A DNA stretch of 64,000 nucleotides from an uncultured Actinomycetota bacterium. Lineage in GTDB: Bacteria; Actinomycetota; Actinomycetes; Actinomycetales; Dermatophilaceae. The position numbers were made by a program, and so were the translations under genes. Position 1 is the first letter of the stretch; every line of letters starts with the position of its first letter. Of the stretch, positions 49,855-62,197 are shown piece after piece. Under the pieces are notes generated by a model. That model was given only the letters and a program-made list of their open reading frames with translations. It was not told the origin of the DNA and ran no database searches. The DNA lies in the NCBI GenBank assembly GCA_963752445.1, contig CAVVYI010000027.1:7180-71179 (forward strand), in the 5' to 3' direction.

Positions 49855-51015
49855 TCAGCCGGGGCGCAGGCCGGCGAGCCGGCGGCACCCCTCGTCGAGC
49901 ACCTCCGGCCTTGCAGAAGGCGAACCGGACGAGGGTGCGGGCGGCGTCGGGGTCGTCGTGGAACGCCGAGGCCGGGACGCCGACCACCCCGACCCGGTCG
50001 GGCAGCTCGAGGCAGAGCTCCGCGTCGGTGACCCCGAGCGGTGCGGCGTCCGCGAGGACGAAGTAGCCGCCCTCCGGCACCGGCGGCTCGAAGCCCGCCG
50101 CGCGCAGCCCCGCCACGAGCCGGTCGCGCTTGCCTGCATCGACGCGGCGAGCCCGTCGAACACCGCGTCCGGCAGCCCGAGTCCGACCGCGATCGCGGGC
50201 TGGAACGGTCCCGACCCGACGAACGTCAGGTACTGCTTGACCCCCCGCACCGCGGCGACCGCCTCCGCCGGGCCGATCACCCAGCCGACCTTCCAGCCCG
50301 TCGTCGCGAACGTCTTGCCGCCCGAGGAGATGGTGAGGGTGCGCTCGGCCATCCCCGGCAGCGTCGCCATCGGCACGTGCCGCCGGCCGTCGAAGGCCAG
50401 GTGCTCGTACACCTCGTCGGTCACCACCCAGGCGTCGTGCTCGCGGGCCAGCTCGGCGACGAGCTCGAGCTCCGCGCGGGTGAACACCTTGCCGGTCGGG
50501 TTGTGCGGCGTGTTGAGCAGCACCATCCGCGTGCGGTCCGAGAACGCGGCGCGCAGCGAGGCCTCGTCGACCGCGAAGTCCGGGAAGCGCAGCAGGGAGG
50601 TGCGCCGGACGCCGCCGGCGAGGGCGATGGTCGCCGCGTAGCTGTCGTAGTACGGCTCGAACGTCACGACCTCGTCGCCCGGGCGCACGAGGGCGAGCAC
50701 GGTGGCCGCGATGGCCTCGGTGGCCCCGACCGTGACGAGCACCTCGCGGGCGGGGTCGACCGGCAGGCCGTAGAACCGCTCCTGGTGGGCGGCGACCGCG
50801 CCGCGCAGCTCGGGGAAACCGATCCCGGGCGGGTACTGGTTGCGTCCCGAGCGGATGGCCTCGACGGCGGCGTCGAGGACCTCCCGCGGGCCGTCGGTGT
50901 CGGGGAAGCCCTGCCCGAGGTTGACGGCGTCCTTCTCCAGCGCCAGCTGGGTCATCGTCGCGAAGATCGTCGTGCCGAACTCGGTCAGTGCGGGGTGGCC
51001 GGGGATCGAGGGCAT
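49855..51015 (-). CDS. PLP-dependent class I/II aminotransferase (DapC/YbdL-like)
   Basis: AVNLGQGFPD, NTPHNPTG, TDEVYEHL and SSGGKTFATTGWKVGW. Confidence 0.9.
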   Translation of the reverse strand: MPSIPGHPALTEFGTTIFATMTQLALEKDAVNLGQGFPDTDGPREVLDAAVEAIRSGRNQYPPGIGFPELRGAVAAHQERFYGLPVDPAREVLVTVGATEAIAATVLALVRPGDEVVTFEPYYDSYAATIALAGGVRRTSLLRFPDFAVDEASLRAAFSDRTRMVLLNTPHNPTGKVFTRAELELVAELAREHDAWVVTDEVYEHLAFDGRRHVPMATLPGMAERTLTISSGGKTFATTGWKVGWVIGPAEAVAAVRGVKQYLTFVGSGPFQPAIAVGLGLPDAVFDGLAASMQASATGSWRGCARRASSRRCRRAATSSSRTPHRSGSPTRSSASSCPTGSGWSASRPRRSTTTPTPPAPSSGSPSARPEVLDEGCRRLAGLRPG

Positions 51016-51024
51016 GCCCGCAGG

Positions 51025-52307
51025 CTACGCGGGCGCCGGCCCGCCGACCGGGCCCGACCGCGGCCACCACCGGTTTCCTGCGGCGCCTCGGCGTGGGCGA
51101 TGTGGTCGAGCCGGCGCCACACGAGCAGCAGGGTGGCCCCGGACCCGGCGAAGGCGAACCAGAACGGCGCCGCCGCCCCGAACCGCGCCGCGAGGGCGCC
51201 CCCGAGGAGCTGGCCGACGAGCAGGCCCCCGACGAGCCCCACCCAGTACACGCTGCCCACCCGTCCCTGGTACTCCAGCGGCGTCGCCCGCTGCCGCACG
51301 GCCGAGGACAGCGAGCCCCACACGAACGCGTAGCCGCCGAAGACCACCATGACGGCGAGGGCGACCGCCCACACCGTCGTCAGGGCGAGCGCGAGGTGGG
51401 TCAGCACCTCGAGGGAGAGGCACACCTTCATGAGCCGGCCCAGCGGCACCCGCCGCTCGAGGGTGCCGTACGCGAGCACGGCGACGAGGCCGCCGAGCGC
51501 CGTGGCCGTCGTCAGCAGGCCGAAGCCGACCTCGTCCACCCCGAGGCGCTCCTGGGCCCAGTACACGAGGACCCCCCACGGGGCGCCCCAGGTGATGTTG
51601 AAGACGACGATGACCAGCGTCAGCGTGCGCACGGCCGCGTGCCGCCGGATCCAGCGCAGCCCGTCGGCGATGTCCCGGCCCACGTGCTGCTCGGGCCGTT
51701 CGTGGTGCGTCGACGGCAGCCGCACCGCGCGCGAACAGCCCGGCCGCGAGCAGCAGCGCCAGGGCCTGCACCCCGAACGGGACCGCCGACCCCACGGCGA
51801 ACAGGGCCGCGCCGACGGCCGGCCCGACCAGCTGGTTCGCGACGAGGAAGCCCGACATCATCCGGGCGTTGGCGATGCCGAGGTCGGCGGGCGGCACGAT
51901 CATCGGGAGGACGGCGCGCCACCCGGTGTCGGCGAACAGCTCGGCGACCCCCACGAGCGAAGAGGACGAGCGAGGAGCACGGTGATGGACACCGTGCCCG
52001 TGACGATGGTCGCGCCGAGGACGGCGAGCACGACCACCCGGGCGAGGTTGGCGGCGAGCACGAGCCGGCGGCGGTCGACCCGGTCGGCGACCGCACCGGC
52101 GTAGAGCCCGACGAGCAGCGCGGGCAGCCGCTGCACCATGGCCGCGGCGGCGATGAGGACGGGGGAGCGGGTCTGCGAGGCGACGAGCAGGGGGCCGGCC
52201 GCGAGGGCGATGCCGTCGCCGACCTGGCCCACCCACGACGACGTCAGCTGCCACCGGAACGCCGTGCCGAGGCGCGGCGGCGCCACGAGGTCGACGAGCC
52301 TGCTCAC
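51025..52307 (-). CDS. MFS transporter (apparent indels)
   Basis: GQVGDGIALAAGPLL, GAVADRVDRRRL and RQRATPLEYQGRV. Confidence 0.85.
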
Positions 52308-52377
52308 GAGGTCGGGACGCTACCCGCCCGGGCCGGGCGCGGCACCCGCATCCGGTCCCGTGTCGGTGCCTCGCGAC

Positions 52378-52632
52378 GATTTCGTGCCCGGGCCCCGCGG
52401 CCCGTACGATGTGCGGTGGCCCCCGTGTGCGTGCACCCGGGAGCCGTAACTTCGCGCGTCACCCTCCTGCGACGAGATCCTCCGAGCAGGGGCGCACCAC
52501 GGCAGTGGCGGATGCGGTCCCCAGCGACCGCAGCCGTCCGGGGTGCGTCGCGGCGCCAGGCAGGTGGGTCCACCCCCCGGGGCTCGGGCACCACCGACGA
52601 CAACTGACAACCACAGAGCAAGGAGAACGACG
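52378..52632 (+). promoter_or_regulatory. rpsB promoter and long structured leader (probable S2 autoregulatory RNA)
   Basis: TTCGTG-n18-TACGAT, then a ~215-nt leader with hairpins such as TGCGGTC/GACCGCA at 52513-52532. Confidence 0.55.
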
Positions 52633-53771
<1,139 letters not shown>

Positions 53772-53810
53772 CCCACCCGACGGAACCCACGGAAAGAGCG
53801 ATAGGAACCC

Positions 53811-54641
53811 ATGGCGAACTACACCGCCGCTGACATCAAGGCGCTCCGCGAGAAGACCGCGGCCGGGATGATGGACGTCAAGAAGGCCCTCGACGAGGCC
53901 GACGGCGACATGGCCAGGGCCGAGGAGATCCTGCGGGTCAAGGGCCAGAAGGGCGTCACCAAGCGCGAGGGGCGCACCACCTCCAACGGCCTGGTCACCG
54001 CCCGGGCCGCCGGCGGCGAGGGCACCCTCGTCGAGGTCCTCTGCGAGACCGACTTCGTCGCCAAGGGCGAGCGCTTCACGGCCCTCGCCGACGAGGTCCT
54101 CGCGCAGGCCGTCGCCACGAAGTCGGCCGACGCCGATGCCCTCCTCGGCTCGACGCTCGCCGACGGCAAGACCGTCAAGGACCTGCTCGACGAGGCGAAC
54201 GCGACGATCGGCGAGAAGATCGAGGTCAAGCGCGTGGCCCGGCTCGAGGGCGAGCACGTCGTGTCCTACCTGCACAAGACGAGCCCCGACCTGCCCGCGC
54301 AGATCGGTGTCCTCGTCTCCACGGCCGGTGGCGACGACACGACGGCCCGCGACGTCGCGATGCACGTCGCGGCGTTCAGCCCGAGCGTGCTCTCCCGCGA
54401 GGAGATCGACGCCGCGACGGTCGAGAACGAGCGCCGCGTCGCCGAGGCCACGGCCAAGGAGGAGGGCAAGCCCGAGGCCGCCCTGCCGAGGATCGTCGAG
54501 GGCCGGGTCAACGGCTTCTTCAAGGAGCAGGTGCTCCTGGAGCAGCCGTTCGCCAAGGAGCCGAAGAAGACGGTCGCCAAGGTGCTCGACGAGGCCGGCG
54601 CCACCGCCACCGGGTTCGCCCGGTTCCGCGTCGGCGGCTGA
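53811..54641 (+). CDS. tsf: Elongation factor Ts
   Basis: [33 protein letters not shown] and AMHVAA. Confidence 0.98.
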   Translation: MANYTAADIKALREKTAAGMMDVKKALDEADGDMARAEEILRVKGQKGVTKREGRTTSNGLVTARAAGGEGTLVEVLCETDFVAKGERFTALADEVLAQAVATKSADADALLGSTLADGKTVKDLLDEANATIGEKIEVKRVARLEGEHVVSYLHKTSPDLPAQIGVLVSTAGGDDTTARDVAMHVAAFSPSVLSREEIDAATVENERRVAEATAKEEGKPEAALPRIVEGRVNGFFKEQVLLEQPFAKEPKKTVAKVLDEAGATATGFARFRVGG

Positions 54642-54658
54642 CCGGACGCCACACAGCG

Positions 54659-54702
54659 CGCACGACGCCGCCCCCGGGAGCTCCCGGGGGCGGCGTCGTG
54701 CG
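54659..54702. terminator. Perfect 44-bp palindrome between convergent tsf and SnoaL-like genes
   Basis: CGCACGACGCCGCCCCCGGGAG|CTCCCGGGGGCGGCGTCGTGCG. Confidence 0.75.
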
Positions 54703-54709
54703 TGCGGGT

Positions 54710-55093
54710 TCAGTCCTCGAGCTCGACGAGGTGCTCGCGCCCCGACGGGGCGTCGTAGGGGTTGGGCCACCAGTCCTCGACGGTCTCGACGAGGCCGTCG
54801 GCGTCCATGCCGAAGAGACACAGACCGGTCATCGTCTCGCCGCCGACGGTGAAGGTCGTGCGGCTCATCGCGCCGGCCTCGTCGCCGAGCACCCGGTCGA
54901 TGACGAGGTGCCAGTCGCCCGGGAACTCGCGGTTGAACCGGACGTAGGCCTCGCGGCCGCGCACCACCTCGCGGGTCTGCGGGCACCGGTAGACGACGTC
55001 GGGGGAGAGGGTGGCCGCGAAGCCGTCCCAGTCGCGCGCCTCGGCGCAGGTCCAGTACCGCCGGACGGTCTCCCGGTGCTGCTCCGCCGTCAC
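54710..55093 (-). CDS. SnoaL/NTF2-like protein
   Basis: VRRYWTCAEARDW...PQTREVVRGREAYVRFNREFPGDW...WWPNPY. Confidence 0.85.
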   Translation of the reverse strand: MTAEQHRETVRRYWTCAEARDWDGFAATLSPDVVYRCPQTREVVRGREAYVRFNREFPGDWHLVIDRVLGDEAGAMSRTTFTVGGETMTGLCLFGMDADGLVETVEDWWPNPYDAPSGREHLVELED

Positions 55094-55200
55094 GTGACCT
55101 CCCGTTGCCGTTCCCGCGTCCTTCGACCGGACGCTACGCCGAGGCTCCGACAGGCGCCCGGGGACGCCTGCGGGTGGCACCATGGGTCCAGGAGGCGACC

Positions 55201-55374
55201 ATGGGCGCAGCACCCGAGCTCGACCGGCACGACCTGGCGCGGCGCGTGCACGTCGACCTGCCGCGGGTGCGCCCCGAGGACATGGTGACGACGCAGGACG
55301 TCGACCCGGCCCGCGACCCGGAGGGCGGCCGCGACACCGAGCGCGACTTCATGCTCCGCAACGCCGGGTTCTGA
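55201..55374 (+). CDS. Small hypothetical protein (57 aa)
   Basis: AGGAGG RBS, GC3-rich codons, ends PEGGRDTERDFMLRNAGF. Confidence 0.65.
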   Translation: MGAAPELDRHDLARRVHVDLPRVRPEDMVTTQDVDPARDPEGGRDTERDFMLRNAGF

Positions 55375-55473
55375 GCCGCCGGTCACCGAGGGCGGCGGTC
55401 GACGCGCTCCCACGGCGGCGCGACCGTACCGAGCGGCGCTCCGCACCCCACCCGAGTTCCTCCGCGGGGATGC

Positions 55474-56196
55474 TCAGGCCCCCAGCGAGGCGAAGATCTG
55501 CTCGTAGCGCGCCTCCGGGGCGAGGGCCAGCCCGGACTTGACGAACCTCGCCCAGTCGTCGGCGAGCACCTCCTGCGTCCCCGACTCGACAGCATCGAGC
55601 GCGGCGCGCGCCAGGTCCGCGGGGGCGATCTTCGGTGCGTCCACGCCCCGGGCCATGTCGGTGTCGACCAGCCCCATGTGCACGCCGACGACGTGCGTGC
55701 CCTGGGCGGCCAGCTCGAGTCGCGTGCTGTCGGTCAGCGCCCAGGCCGCCGCCTTCGACGCCGCGTACGCACCGGCTCCCGGAGCGGTGAACCAGGACAG
55801 GGCGGAGACCAGGTTGAGGATCGCCCCGCCGCCGTTGGCCGCCAGGACGGGCGCGAACGCCCGGGTCATGAGCAGGGGGCCGTAGAAGTTCGTGTCCATC
55901 TCGCGGCGGATCATCGCCTCGTCGCCGGAGACGAGGGAGGTGCCGGTGGAGATGCCGGCGTTGTTGACGAGCACCTGCACGTCACCCGCCGCGGTGGCCG
56001 CGGCCCGGACCTGGGCGGGGTCCGTGATGTCCAGCTCGAGGGCGCGCACACCGTCGACGTCGACCGATCCCGCGTCGCGAGCCGCCGCGTAGATCGTGGC
56101 CGCCCCTCGCTGCTTCAGCTGCTCGACGAACTCGGCGCCGATGCCCCGGTTCGCTCCGGTGACGAGCACCACCGCACCTCTGATGTCCATGACCAT
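55474..56196 (-). CDS. Short-chain dehydrogenase/reductase
   Basis: TGANRGIG, NNAG and YAASK. Confidence 0.93.
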   Translation of the reverse strand: MVMDIRGAVVLVTGANRGIGAEFVEQLKQRGAATIYAAARDAGSVDVDGVRALELDITDPAQVRAAATAAGDVQVLVNNAGISTGTSLVSGDEAMIRREMDTNFYGPLLMTRAFAPVLAANGGGAILNLVSALSWFTAPGAGAYAASKAAAWALTDSTRLELAAQGTHVVGVHMGLVDTDMARGVDAPKIAPADLARAALDAVESGTQEVLADDWARFVKSGLALAPEARYEQIFASLGA

Positions 56197-56197
56197 C

Positions 56198-56263
56198 CAT
56201 TCTGTAGCGATCGCTAGTGATTGACGGGCGAGACGTTAGCACATTCCGTAGCGATCGATACGG
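56198..56263. promoter_or_regulatory. Two TetR operator palindromes
   Basis: TAGCGATCGCTA (56205-56216) and CCGTAGCGATCGATACGG (56246-56263), each preceded by CATT. Confidence 0.75.
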
Positions 56264-56276
56264 TATCCTCGTCGGC

Positions 56277-56948
56277 ATGGCCGGCCGACCACGCAGCTTC
56301 GATCGCGACGCCGCGCTCGGCGCGGCCCTCGAGCAGTTCTGGCGCGCCGGCTACGAGGAGACCTCCGTCGCGATGCTCACCTCGGCGATGGGTGTGACGC
56401 CCCCGAGCCTCTATGCGGCCTTCGGCGACAAGCGTCGCCTCTTCGAGGAGGCCTCGGGGCTGTACTTCGAGCGCACGTGCGAGGCGGTCGACATCGCCGC
56501 AGCGCTGCCGACGGCGCGCGAGGCCGTCGCCCGGATGCTCGAGGACACCGCACGCGCCCACACCGACCCGGCGACCCCGGCCGGGTGCCTCCTGCTGACC
56601 GAGCCGCGCCTCGAGGCGCAGCGCGAGGCCATCCGCCGACGGATCCAGGACCGGCTCGACCAGGGGGTGCACGACCGCGACCTCCCGGCGGGCACGGACA
56701 CCGACCACCTCGCCTCGTTCCTCGTCGCCGTCATGCGCGGGATGTCCGGCTGTGCCCGCGACGGCGGCACGACCGAGGACCTCCTGGGGATCGCGCAGAC
56801 GGCGATGGCGGCCCTGCCCGCGCCGTCGCCCGACCCCCCGCCCCCCGGGCCCGCACGACCTCAGGCGTCGACGACGCCCCGACCCGTCACCGGCGGCCGG
56901 TCGCTCCACGGGAACGAGATCCAGCGGTCGGTCCTGCCCCACGCGTAG
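56277..56948 (+). CDS. TetR family regulator (true end probably earlier)
   Basis: GRPRSFDRDAAL...FWRAGYEETS...MGVTPPSLYAAFGDK. Confidence 0.9.
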   Translation: MAGRPRSFDRDAALGAALEQFWRAGYEETSVAMLTSAMGVTPPSLYAAFGDKRRLFEEASGLYFERTCEAVDIAAALPTAREAVARMLEDTARAHTDPATPAGCLLLTEPRLEAQREAIRRRIQDRLDQGVHDRDLPAGTDTDHLASFLVAVMRGMSGCARDGGTTEDLLGIAQTAMAALPAPSPDPPPPGPARPQASTTPRPVTGGRSLHGNEIQRSVLPHA

Positions 56949-57358
56949 TCCGGCGTGACGACCGAGCGCGGCTTGGCGTAGACCACCGCGGTGCGCACCG
57001 AGCCGACCTTGCCGGCGCAGAAGTCGGTGACCGACGCCAGCGTCAGGCCCGTGTCGGCGACGTCGTCGGCGACGAGGACGGAGGCGTCGTGCAGGTCGAC
57101 GAAGTCCGGGGCCGGCGGGAGGATGCGCGGCACCTCGAGCCGCTCGTCCACCCCGGTGTAGAACTCGACGTTCATCGTGTACGTGTTCTTCACGCCGAGC
57201 GCGTAGCCGAGGGCGCCGCCCACGACCAGGCCCCCGCGGGCCACGCACAGCACCATGTCCGGCACCCCGTCGGCCGCGACCTGCTCGGCCAGCGCCCACA
57301 CCGCCTCGTCGAACCGTTCCCAGGTCAGCACCTCGCGCTCCTCGTCCACGCGCGGCAT
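56861..57358 (-). CDS. Phosphoribosyltransferase (Gpt-like)
   Basis: [25 protein letters not shown] and WISFPW. Confidence 0.9.
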   Translation of the reverse strand: MPRVDEEREVLTWERFDEAVWALAEQVAADGVPDMVLCVARGGLVVGGALGYALGVKNTYTMNVEFYTGVDERLEVPRILPPAPDFVDLHDASVLVADDVADTGLTLASVTDFCAGKVGSVRTAVVYAKPRSVVTPDYAWGRTDRWISFPWSDRPPVTGRGVVDA

Positions 57359-57467
57359 CCTCGCAGGGCGGTGTTACCGGTGGGTTTCCCGGTTGGTTCC
57401 CCCTCGCCCCGGTGTGACAGGATCGGGTGACCGCTGCGCCCCGCCCCTCCAGGAGGCCCCCGTGACC

Positions 57468-58217
57468 ATGCCCGCCACCGCCGAGGCACCGGCAGCCACC
57501 GCCTCCGGCCCGGCCCGCCGGGTCCTGCTCAAGCTCTCCGGTGAGGTCTTCGGCGGGGGCCGTGTCGGGGTCGACCCCGACGTCGTGCGAGGCATCGCCC
57601 GCCAGATCGCCGACGCCGTGCGCGAGGGCATCGAGGTCGCCATCGTCGTGGGCGGCGGCAACTTCTTCCGCGGTGCCGAGCTCCAGCAGAAGGGGATGGA
57701 CCGCTCCCGCGCCGACTACATGGGGATGCTCGGCACGGTGATGAACTGCCTCGCCCTCCAGGACTTCCTCGAGAAGGAGGGTGTGCAGACCCGGGTGCAG
57801 ACGGCGATCACGATGGGCCAGGTCGCCGAGCCGTACATCCCCCGCCGGGCCATCCGCCACCTCGAGAAGGGTCGCGTCGTCATCTTCGGGGCCGGCGCGG
57901 GCATGCCGTACTTCTCCACCGACACGGTGAGCGCCCAGCGGGCCCTCGAGTGCCGCTGCGACGCGGTGCTCATGAGCAAGAGCGGCGTCGACGGCGTGTA
58001 CGACGCCGACCCCCGCACGCACCCGGACGCCCGCAAGCTCGACCGCGTGACCTTCGCGGAGGCGCTGCGCAGCGGCCTCAAGGTCGTCGACGCGGCCGCC
58101 TTCAGCCTGTGCATGGACAACAGCCTGCCGATGGTCGTCTTCGGCATGGAGGGCGACGGCAACATCACCCGGGCCCTGCGCGGCGAGCCGATCGGCACGC
58201 TCGTCTCGGCCGGCTGA
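57468..58217 (+). CDS. pyrH: UMP kinase
   Basis: [27 protein letters not shown] and PYFSTDT. Confidence 0.98.
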   Translation: MPATAEAPAATASGPARRVLLKLSGEVFGGGRVGVDPDVVRGIARQIADAVREGIEVAIVVGGGNFFRGAELQQKGMDRSRADYMGMLGTVMNCLALQDFLEKEGVQTRVQTAITMGQVAEPYIPRRAIRHLEKGRVVIFGAGAGMPYFSTDTVSAQRALECRCDAVLMSKSGVDGVYDADPRTHPDARKLDRVTFAEALRSGLKVVDAAAFSLCMDNSLPMVVFGMEGDGNITRALRGEPIGTLVSAG

Positions 58218-58305
58218 CCCGCCCGACCCCGAGGGCACCGGGGCGTTTGACACACTGGACCCGCAGCGCCGCGCACGCGGCGCCGACCGAAGGAGAACAC
58301 CCGCG

Positions 58306-58863
58306 ATGATCGACGAGACCCTCTTCGAGGCCGAGGAGAAGATGGAGAAGGCCGTCGAGGTCGCCAAGGAGAACTTCGCCGCCATCCGCACCGGTCGCGC
58401 GCACCCGGGCATGTTCCAGAAGGTCCTCGTCGACTACTACGGCGCGCCCACGCCGCTGCAGCAGCTCGCGTCGTTCCAGACGCCCGAGGCCCGCACCATC
58501 ATCATCAGCCCGTTCGACAAGTCCTCGATGCACGCCATCGAGAAGGCGATCCAGCAGGCCGACCTCGGCGTCAACCCGAGCAACGACGGCAACATCATCC
58601 GCTGCACGATGCCCCAGCTCACCGAGGAGCGCCGCCGCGAGTACGTGAAGATGGCCCACTCCGAGGCCGAGGAGGCCCGGGTCTCGGTGCGCAACATCCG
58701 GCGCACGGCCAAGACCGCCCTCGAGAAGCTCGTCAAGGACGGCGAGGTCGGCGAGGACGAGGGCGGCCGCGCCGAGAAGGAGCTCGAGACCGTCACCAAG
58801 CGTCACGTCGACCAGATCGACGAGCTCCTCAAGGGCAAGGAGTCGGAGCTCCTCGAGGTCTGA
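58306..58863 (+). CDS. frr: Ribosome recycling factor
   Basis: [23 protein letters not shown] and LTEERR. Confidence 0.98.
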   Translation: MIDETLFEAEEKMEKAVEVAKENFAAIRTGRAHPGMFQKVLVDYYGAPTPLQQLASFQTPEARTIIISPFDKSSMHAIEKAIQQADLGVNPSNDGNIIRCTMPQLTEERRREYVKMAHSEAEEARVSVRNIRRTAKTALEKLVKDGEVGEDEGGRAEKELETVTKRHVDQIDELLKGKESELLEV

Positions 58864-58870
58864 GGTCCCC

Positions 58871-59863
58871 ATGCCCGACACCCCCAGCGAGCCCGTCACC
58901 CCCGCGCCGGACCCCGGTCCCGGCGCGGGGGTCCTCGCGACCGACACCGGCGCCCCCGCCGAGGCCCCCGGCGGACCCGACGACGCCTCCGGGCCGGACG
59001 GGTCCGGCGGGGCGACCTCGCCGGACGAGGCGGCGCCGCCGCCGCGTCGGGTCCCACGCGCCGGCCGCGACCTGCGCGCCGCGATCGGGGTCGGCCTGCT
59101 CCTCGGCGCCGTCGTCATCGGCTCGCTCGTGCTCGACGCCCGGGCCTTCCTCCTCGTCGTCACCGCCGCGATGGCCCTCGGGGCGTGGGAGGTGCGGCGG
59201 GCCGTCGCCACCCGCGCGATCCACGTGCCCCTGGTCCCGCTGCTGCTCGGCACGGTCGGCATGATCGCCTCCGCCTACCTGCGCGGCGCCGAGGCCCTCG
59301 TCGTGACGTTCGGGCTCACCGTGGTCGGGATGGTCGTGTGGCGGGTCGCCGACGGGCTGGCCGGGGCGGCCCGCGACCTCTCGGCGTCGGTCCTCGTCGC
59401 CTTCTACCCCGTCTTCCTCGGAGGCTTCGCCTCGCTCATGCTCGCCGCCCCGGACGGCCGGCAGCGGATCATCACCTTCGTCCTGGTCACCGTGTTCTCG
59501 GACATCGGCGGCTACGCCTTCGGGGTGGTGCTCGGCCGGCACCCGATGGCGCCCTCGCTCAGCCCGAAGAAGTCGTGGGAGGGCTTCGCCGGGTCGGTGC
59601 TCACCTGCGGCGTCGTCGGCGCCGTCGCCCTGCCGCTGCTGCTCGACGGACCGGCGTGGGCCGGTGCCGTCCTCGGCGCCGTGGCGGCGGGCGCGGCGAC
59701 CATCGGCGACCTCATCGAGTCGAGCATCAAGCGCGACCTCGGCATCAAGGACATGGGGACGCTGCTCCCGGGCCACGGCGGCCTCATGGACCGCCTCGAC
59801 TCGCTCGTCGTCGTCGCCCCGGTCGCCTGGGCGCTGCTGCTCTGGTTCGTCCCCGCGGCGTGA
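58871..59863 (+). CDS. cdsA: Phosphatidate cytidylyltransferase
   Basis: SDIGGY, SPKKSWEG, GDLIESSIKRDLGIKD and PGHGGLMDRLDS. Confidence 0.97.
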   Translation: MPDTPSEPVTPAPDPGPGAGVLATDTGAPAEAPGGPDDASGPDGSGGATSPDEAAPPPRRVPRAGRDLRAAIGVGLLLGAVVIGSLVLDARAFLLVVTAAMALGAWEVRRAVATRAIHVPLVPLLLGTVGMIASAYLRGAEALVVTFGLTVVGMVVWRVADGLAGAARDLSASVLVAFYPVFLGGFASLMLAAPDGRQRIITFVLVTVFSDIGGYAFGVVLGRHPMAPSLSPKKSWEGFAGSVLTCGVVGAVALPLLLDGPAWAGAVLGAVAAGAATIGDLIESSIKRDLGIKDMGTLLPGHGGLMDRLDSLVVVAPVAWALLLWFVPAA

Positions 59864-59865
59864 CG

Positions 59866-59898
59866 CCGGAGCCCGCCCGGTGGCCGGGCGGGCTCCGG
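59866..59898. terminator. Hairpin between convergent genes
   Basis: CCGGAGCCCGCCCGG-tgg-CCGGGCGGGCTCCGG, a 15-bp stem. Confidence 0.75.
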
Positions 59899-59905
59899 GC
59901 CGCGG

Positions 59906-60748
59906 TCAGCCGGCGCGGCGGCGGCTGCGGCCGAGGATGCCGTCGAGCAACGGTGTGGTGCGCAGCTCGAGGGAACCGTCCTCGCGTTCGTGGGTGAGGC
60001 AGCTGACCTCACGGTGGTACCAGTGGTAGACGTGCGGCGTCACCGGCCCGGCGCCGTCGGCGTACATCTCCGCCGCGTACACCGGCACGAGCTCGAGCGC
60101 GTCGCGGGCCTCCGCGGGCGTCGCGCAGGTCTTGAGCAGCACCGCGTGCCGGTGCGGCACGGCGAAGACGATGCCACCGTGGAGGTCGGCCTCGGGCAGC
60201 CACCGGTCGACCGCGTCGAGGAGGAAGCGCGCGAACGAGCCGGTGTACGGCGAGTCGCCGACCAGCGCGGTCACCGAGTGCCGGGGCGACCCGAGCCGCA
60301 CGGCGCGGACGTCGGCGGCCTCCATCTCCCGCACGAGGTTGGCCCGCCCGATGTCGACGAGCGTGTGCAGCTGGCGCCGGGTGGCGGCGATCCGCGAGTC
60401 GGGCAGCGTCACCACCGTCGTCGGGAGGTCGAGGGTGAGGACCTCGTCGATGTGCTCGGTGAACGGCACGGTGTACGAGAAGCCCAGACCGGTGCCGTGC
60501 AGCCGGTCGCGGGCCACGAGCCGGGTGGTGAGCGCGGCGTCGAACTGCTCCGTGGTGAGCGAGTCGACGTCGGTCTCGGCCGCGGCCGTGAGGCGCTCGA
60601 GGTGGGCTCGCATCACCTCGTCGAGCTCCGGACCTCCCGCGTCGACGTCCGGGACCGGCACGAACGGGTGGCGGATGGGAGCAGCTGGTGCTCCGGTGAA
60701 CCGGCTCTGGCCCCCTGCGGGCGCGCGCCGACGATCGAACAGGCCCAT
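59906..60748 (-). CDS. Hypothetical protein (possibly DUF1444-like)
   Basis: Intact 280-aa ORF with RBS and MGLFD start. [12 protein letters not shown] and FAVPHRH segments. Confidence 0.7.
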   Translation of the reverse strand: MGLFDRRRAPAGGQSRFTGAPAAPIRHPFVPVPDVDAGGPELDEVMRAHLERLTAAAETDVDSLTTEQFDAALTTRLVARDRLHGTGLGFSYTVPFTEHIDEVLTLDLPTTVVTLPDSRIAATRRQLHTLVDIGRANLVREMEAADVRAVRLGSPRHSVTALVGDSPYTGSFARFLLDAVDRWLPEADLHGGIVFAVPHRHAVLLKTCATPAEARDALELVPVYAAEMYADGAGPVTPHVYHWYHREVSCLTHEREDGSLELRTTPLLDGILGRSRRRAG

Positions 60749-60926
60749 GGCCGTTCCTCTCCCTGCGGCCCCGCTCCCCCTGCGGAACGAAGCTCACCTC
60801 AGGGTAGGGCCTGCATCTCGGGTCCCGGGGCGAAATCCCGCAATCGGCCGAACGGACCCCGCGGGTCGTCCCTTCGCGGGCGGGGCCGGACGGACGGCCG
60901 TCCCGGACCTGCGAGAATCGGGGACG

Positions 60927-62141
60927 ATGAGCGACCTCCCCGAGCCCACGACCCGTCCCGTCCCGGGCCAGCTGACCCTGACCGCGCCGCGCCGGGGGAA
61001 GCCGCCGCGCCACCTCGCCGACCTCACGGTCGCGGAGCGCCGTGACGCCGTCGCCGCCCTCGGGCACCCCGCGTTCCGCGCCAACCAGCTCTCCACGCAC
61101 TACTTCGAGCGGCTCGTCGAGCGGCCCGAGGAGATGACCGACCTGCCGAAGGCCGTGCGCGACGACCTCGTCCGCGACCTCCTGCCGCCCCTCGTGGTGC
61201 CGGTGCGCTCGATCCAGGCCGACGCCGGGGCCACCGTGAAGCAGGTGTGGAAGCTCTTCGACGGTGCGCTCGTCGAGTCCGTCGTCATGCGGTACCCGAA
61301 CCGGGTCACCGTGTGCATCTCCAGCCAGGCCGGCTGCGGGATGAACTGCCCGTTCTGCGCGACCGGCCAGGAGGGACTGACCCGCAACATGTCGACGGCC
61401 GAGATCGTCGAGCAGGTGGTCGCCGCGGCGCGGATGCTCCGCCACGGCGGCCTCCCCGAGGTGGTCGGCGACGGCGGCGGGGCGGGGCTCGGCGACGAGG
61501 CGGAGGGCTCGGCCGACCCCTCGGCGGAGCCCAGCGGCCCCACCCGGGTCAGCAACGTCGTCTTCATGGGCATGGGGGAGGCGCTGGCGAACTACCGGGC
61601 CGCGATCGGCGCCATCCGCCGGCTCACCGAGCCCGCCCCCTCCGGGCTCGGCATCTCGGCGCGGGGCATCACGATGTCGACGGTCGGGCTCGTCCCCGGC
61701 ATCGACCGGCTGGCGACCGAGGGCATCCCGGTCACCCTCGCCCTCTCGCTGCACGCCCCCGACGACGAGCTGCGCGACGAGCTGGTCCCCATCAACACCC
61801 GCTACAAGGTCGACGAGGCGATCGACGCCGCGTACCGCTACCACGAGGCCACGGGCCGCCGGGTGAGCATCGAGTACGCGCTGATCCGCGACATCAACGA
61901 CCAGGCCTGGCGGGCCGACCTCCTCGGCGAGAAGCTGCGCGCCCGCGGGCGCGGCTGGGTGCACGTCAACCCGATCCCGCTCAACCCCACCCCGGGCTCG
62001 AAGTGGACCGCGTCGCGGCGGGGCGTGGAGCAGCAGTTCGTCGAGCGGCTGCGGGCCCACGGCATCCCGACGACGGTGCGCGACACCCGCGGCTCGGAGA
62101 TCGACGGCGCCTGCGGTCAGCTCGCGGCCTCGACCGCCTGA
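60927..62141 (+). CDS. rlmN: Radical SAM rRNA/tRNA methyltransferase RlmN
   Basis: [37 protein letters not shown] and IDGACGQL. Confidence 0.97.
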   Translation: MSDLPEPTTRPVPGQLTLTAPRRGKPPRHLADLTVAERRDAVAALGHPAFRANQLSTHYFERLVERPEEMTDLPKAVRDDLVRDLLPPLVVPVRSIQADAGATVKQVWKLFDGALVESVVMRYPNRVTVCISSQAGCGMNCPFCATGQEGLTRNMSTAEIVEQVVAAARMLRHGGLPEVVGDGGGAGLGDEAEGSADPSAEPSGPTRVSNVVFMGMGEALANYRAAIGAIRRLTEPAPSGLGISARGITMSTVGLVPGIDRLATEGIPVTLALSLHAPDDELRDELVPINTRYKVDEAIDAAYRYHEATGRRVSIEYALIRDINDQAWRADLLGEKLRARGRGWVHVNPIPLNPTPGSKWTASRRGVEQQFVERLRAHGIPTTVRDTRGSEIDGACGQLAASTA

Positions 62142-62197
62142 GCCGACGCGCACCGAGCGGCTGCCGGCCGCCGGCCCCGCTGACCTACCCTTCGAGG

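Noticed and set aside
56861-56948. 88-bp convergent overlap of the TetR and phosphoribosyltransferase genes
   Set aside because: The TetR tail is low-complexity and follows a C homopolymer, so a missed stop caused by an indel is likely.
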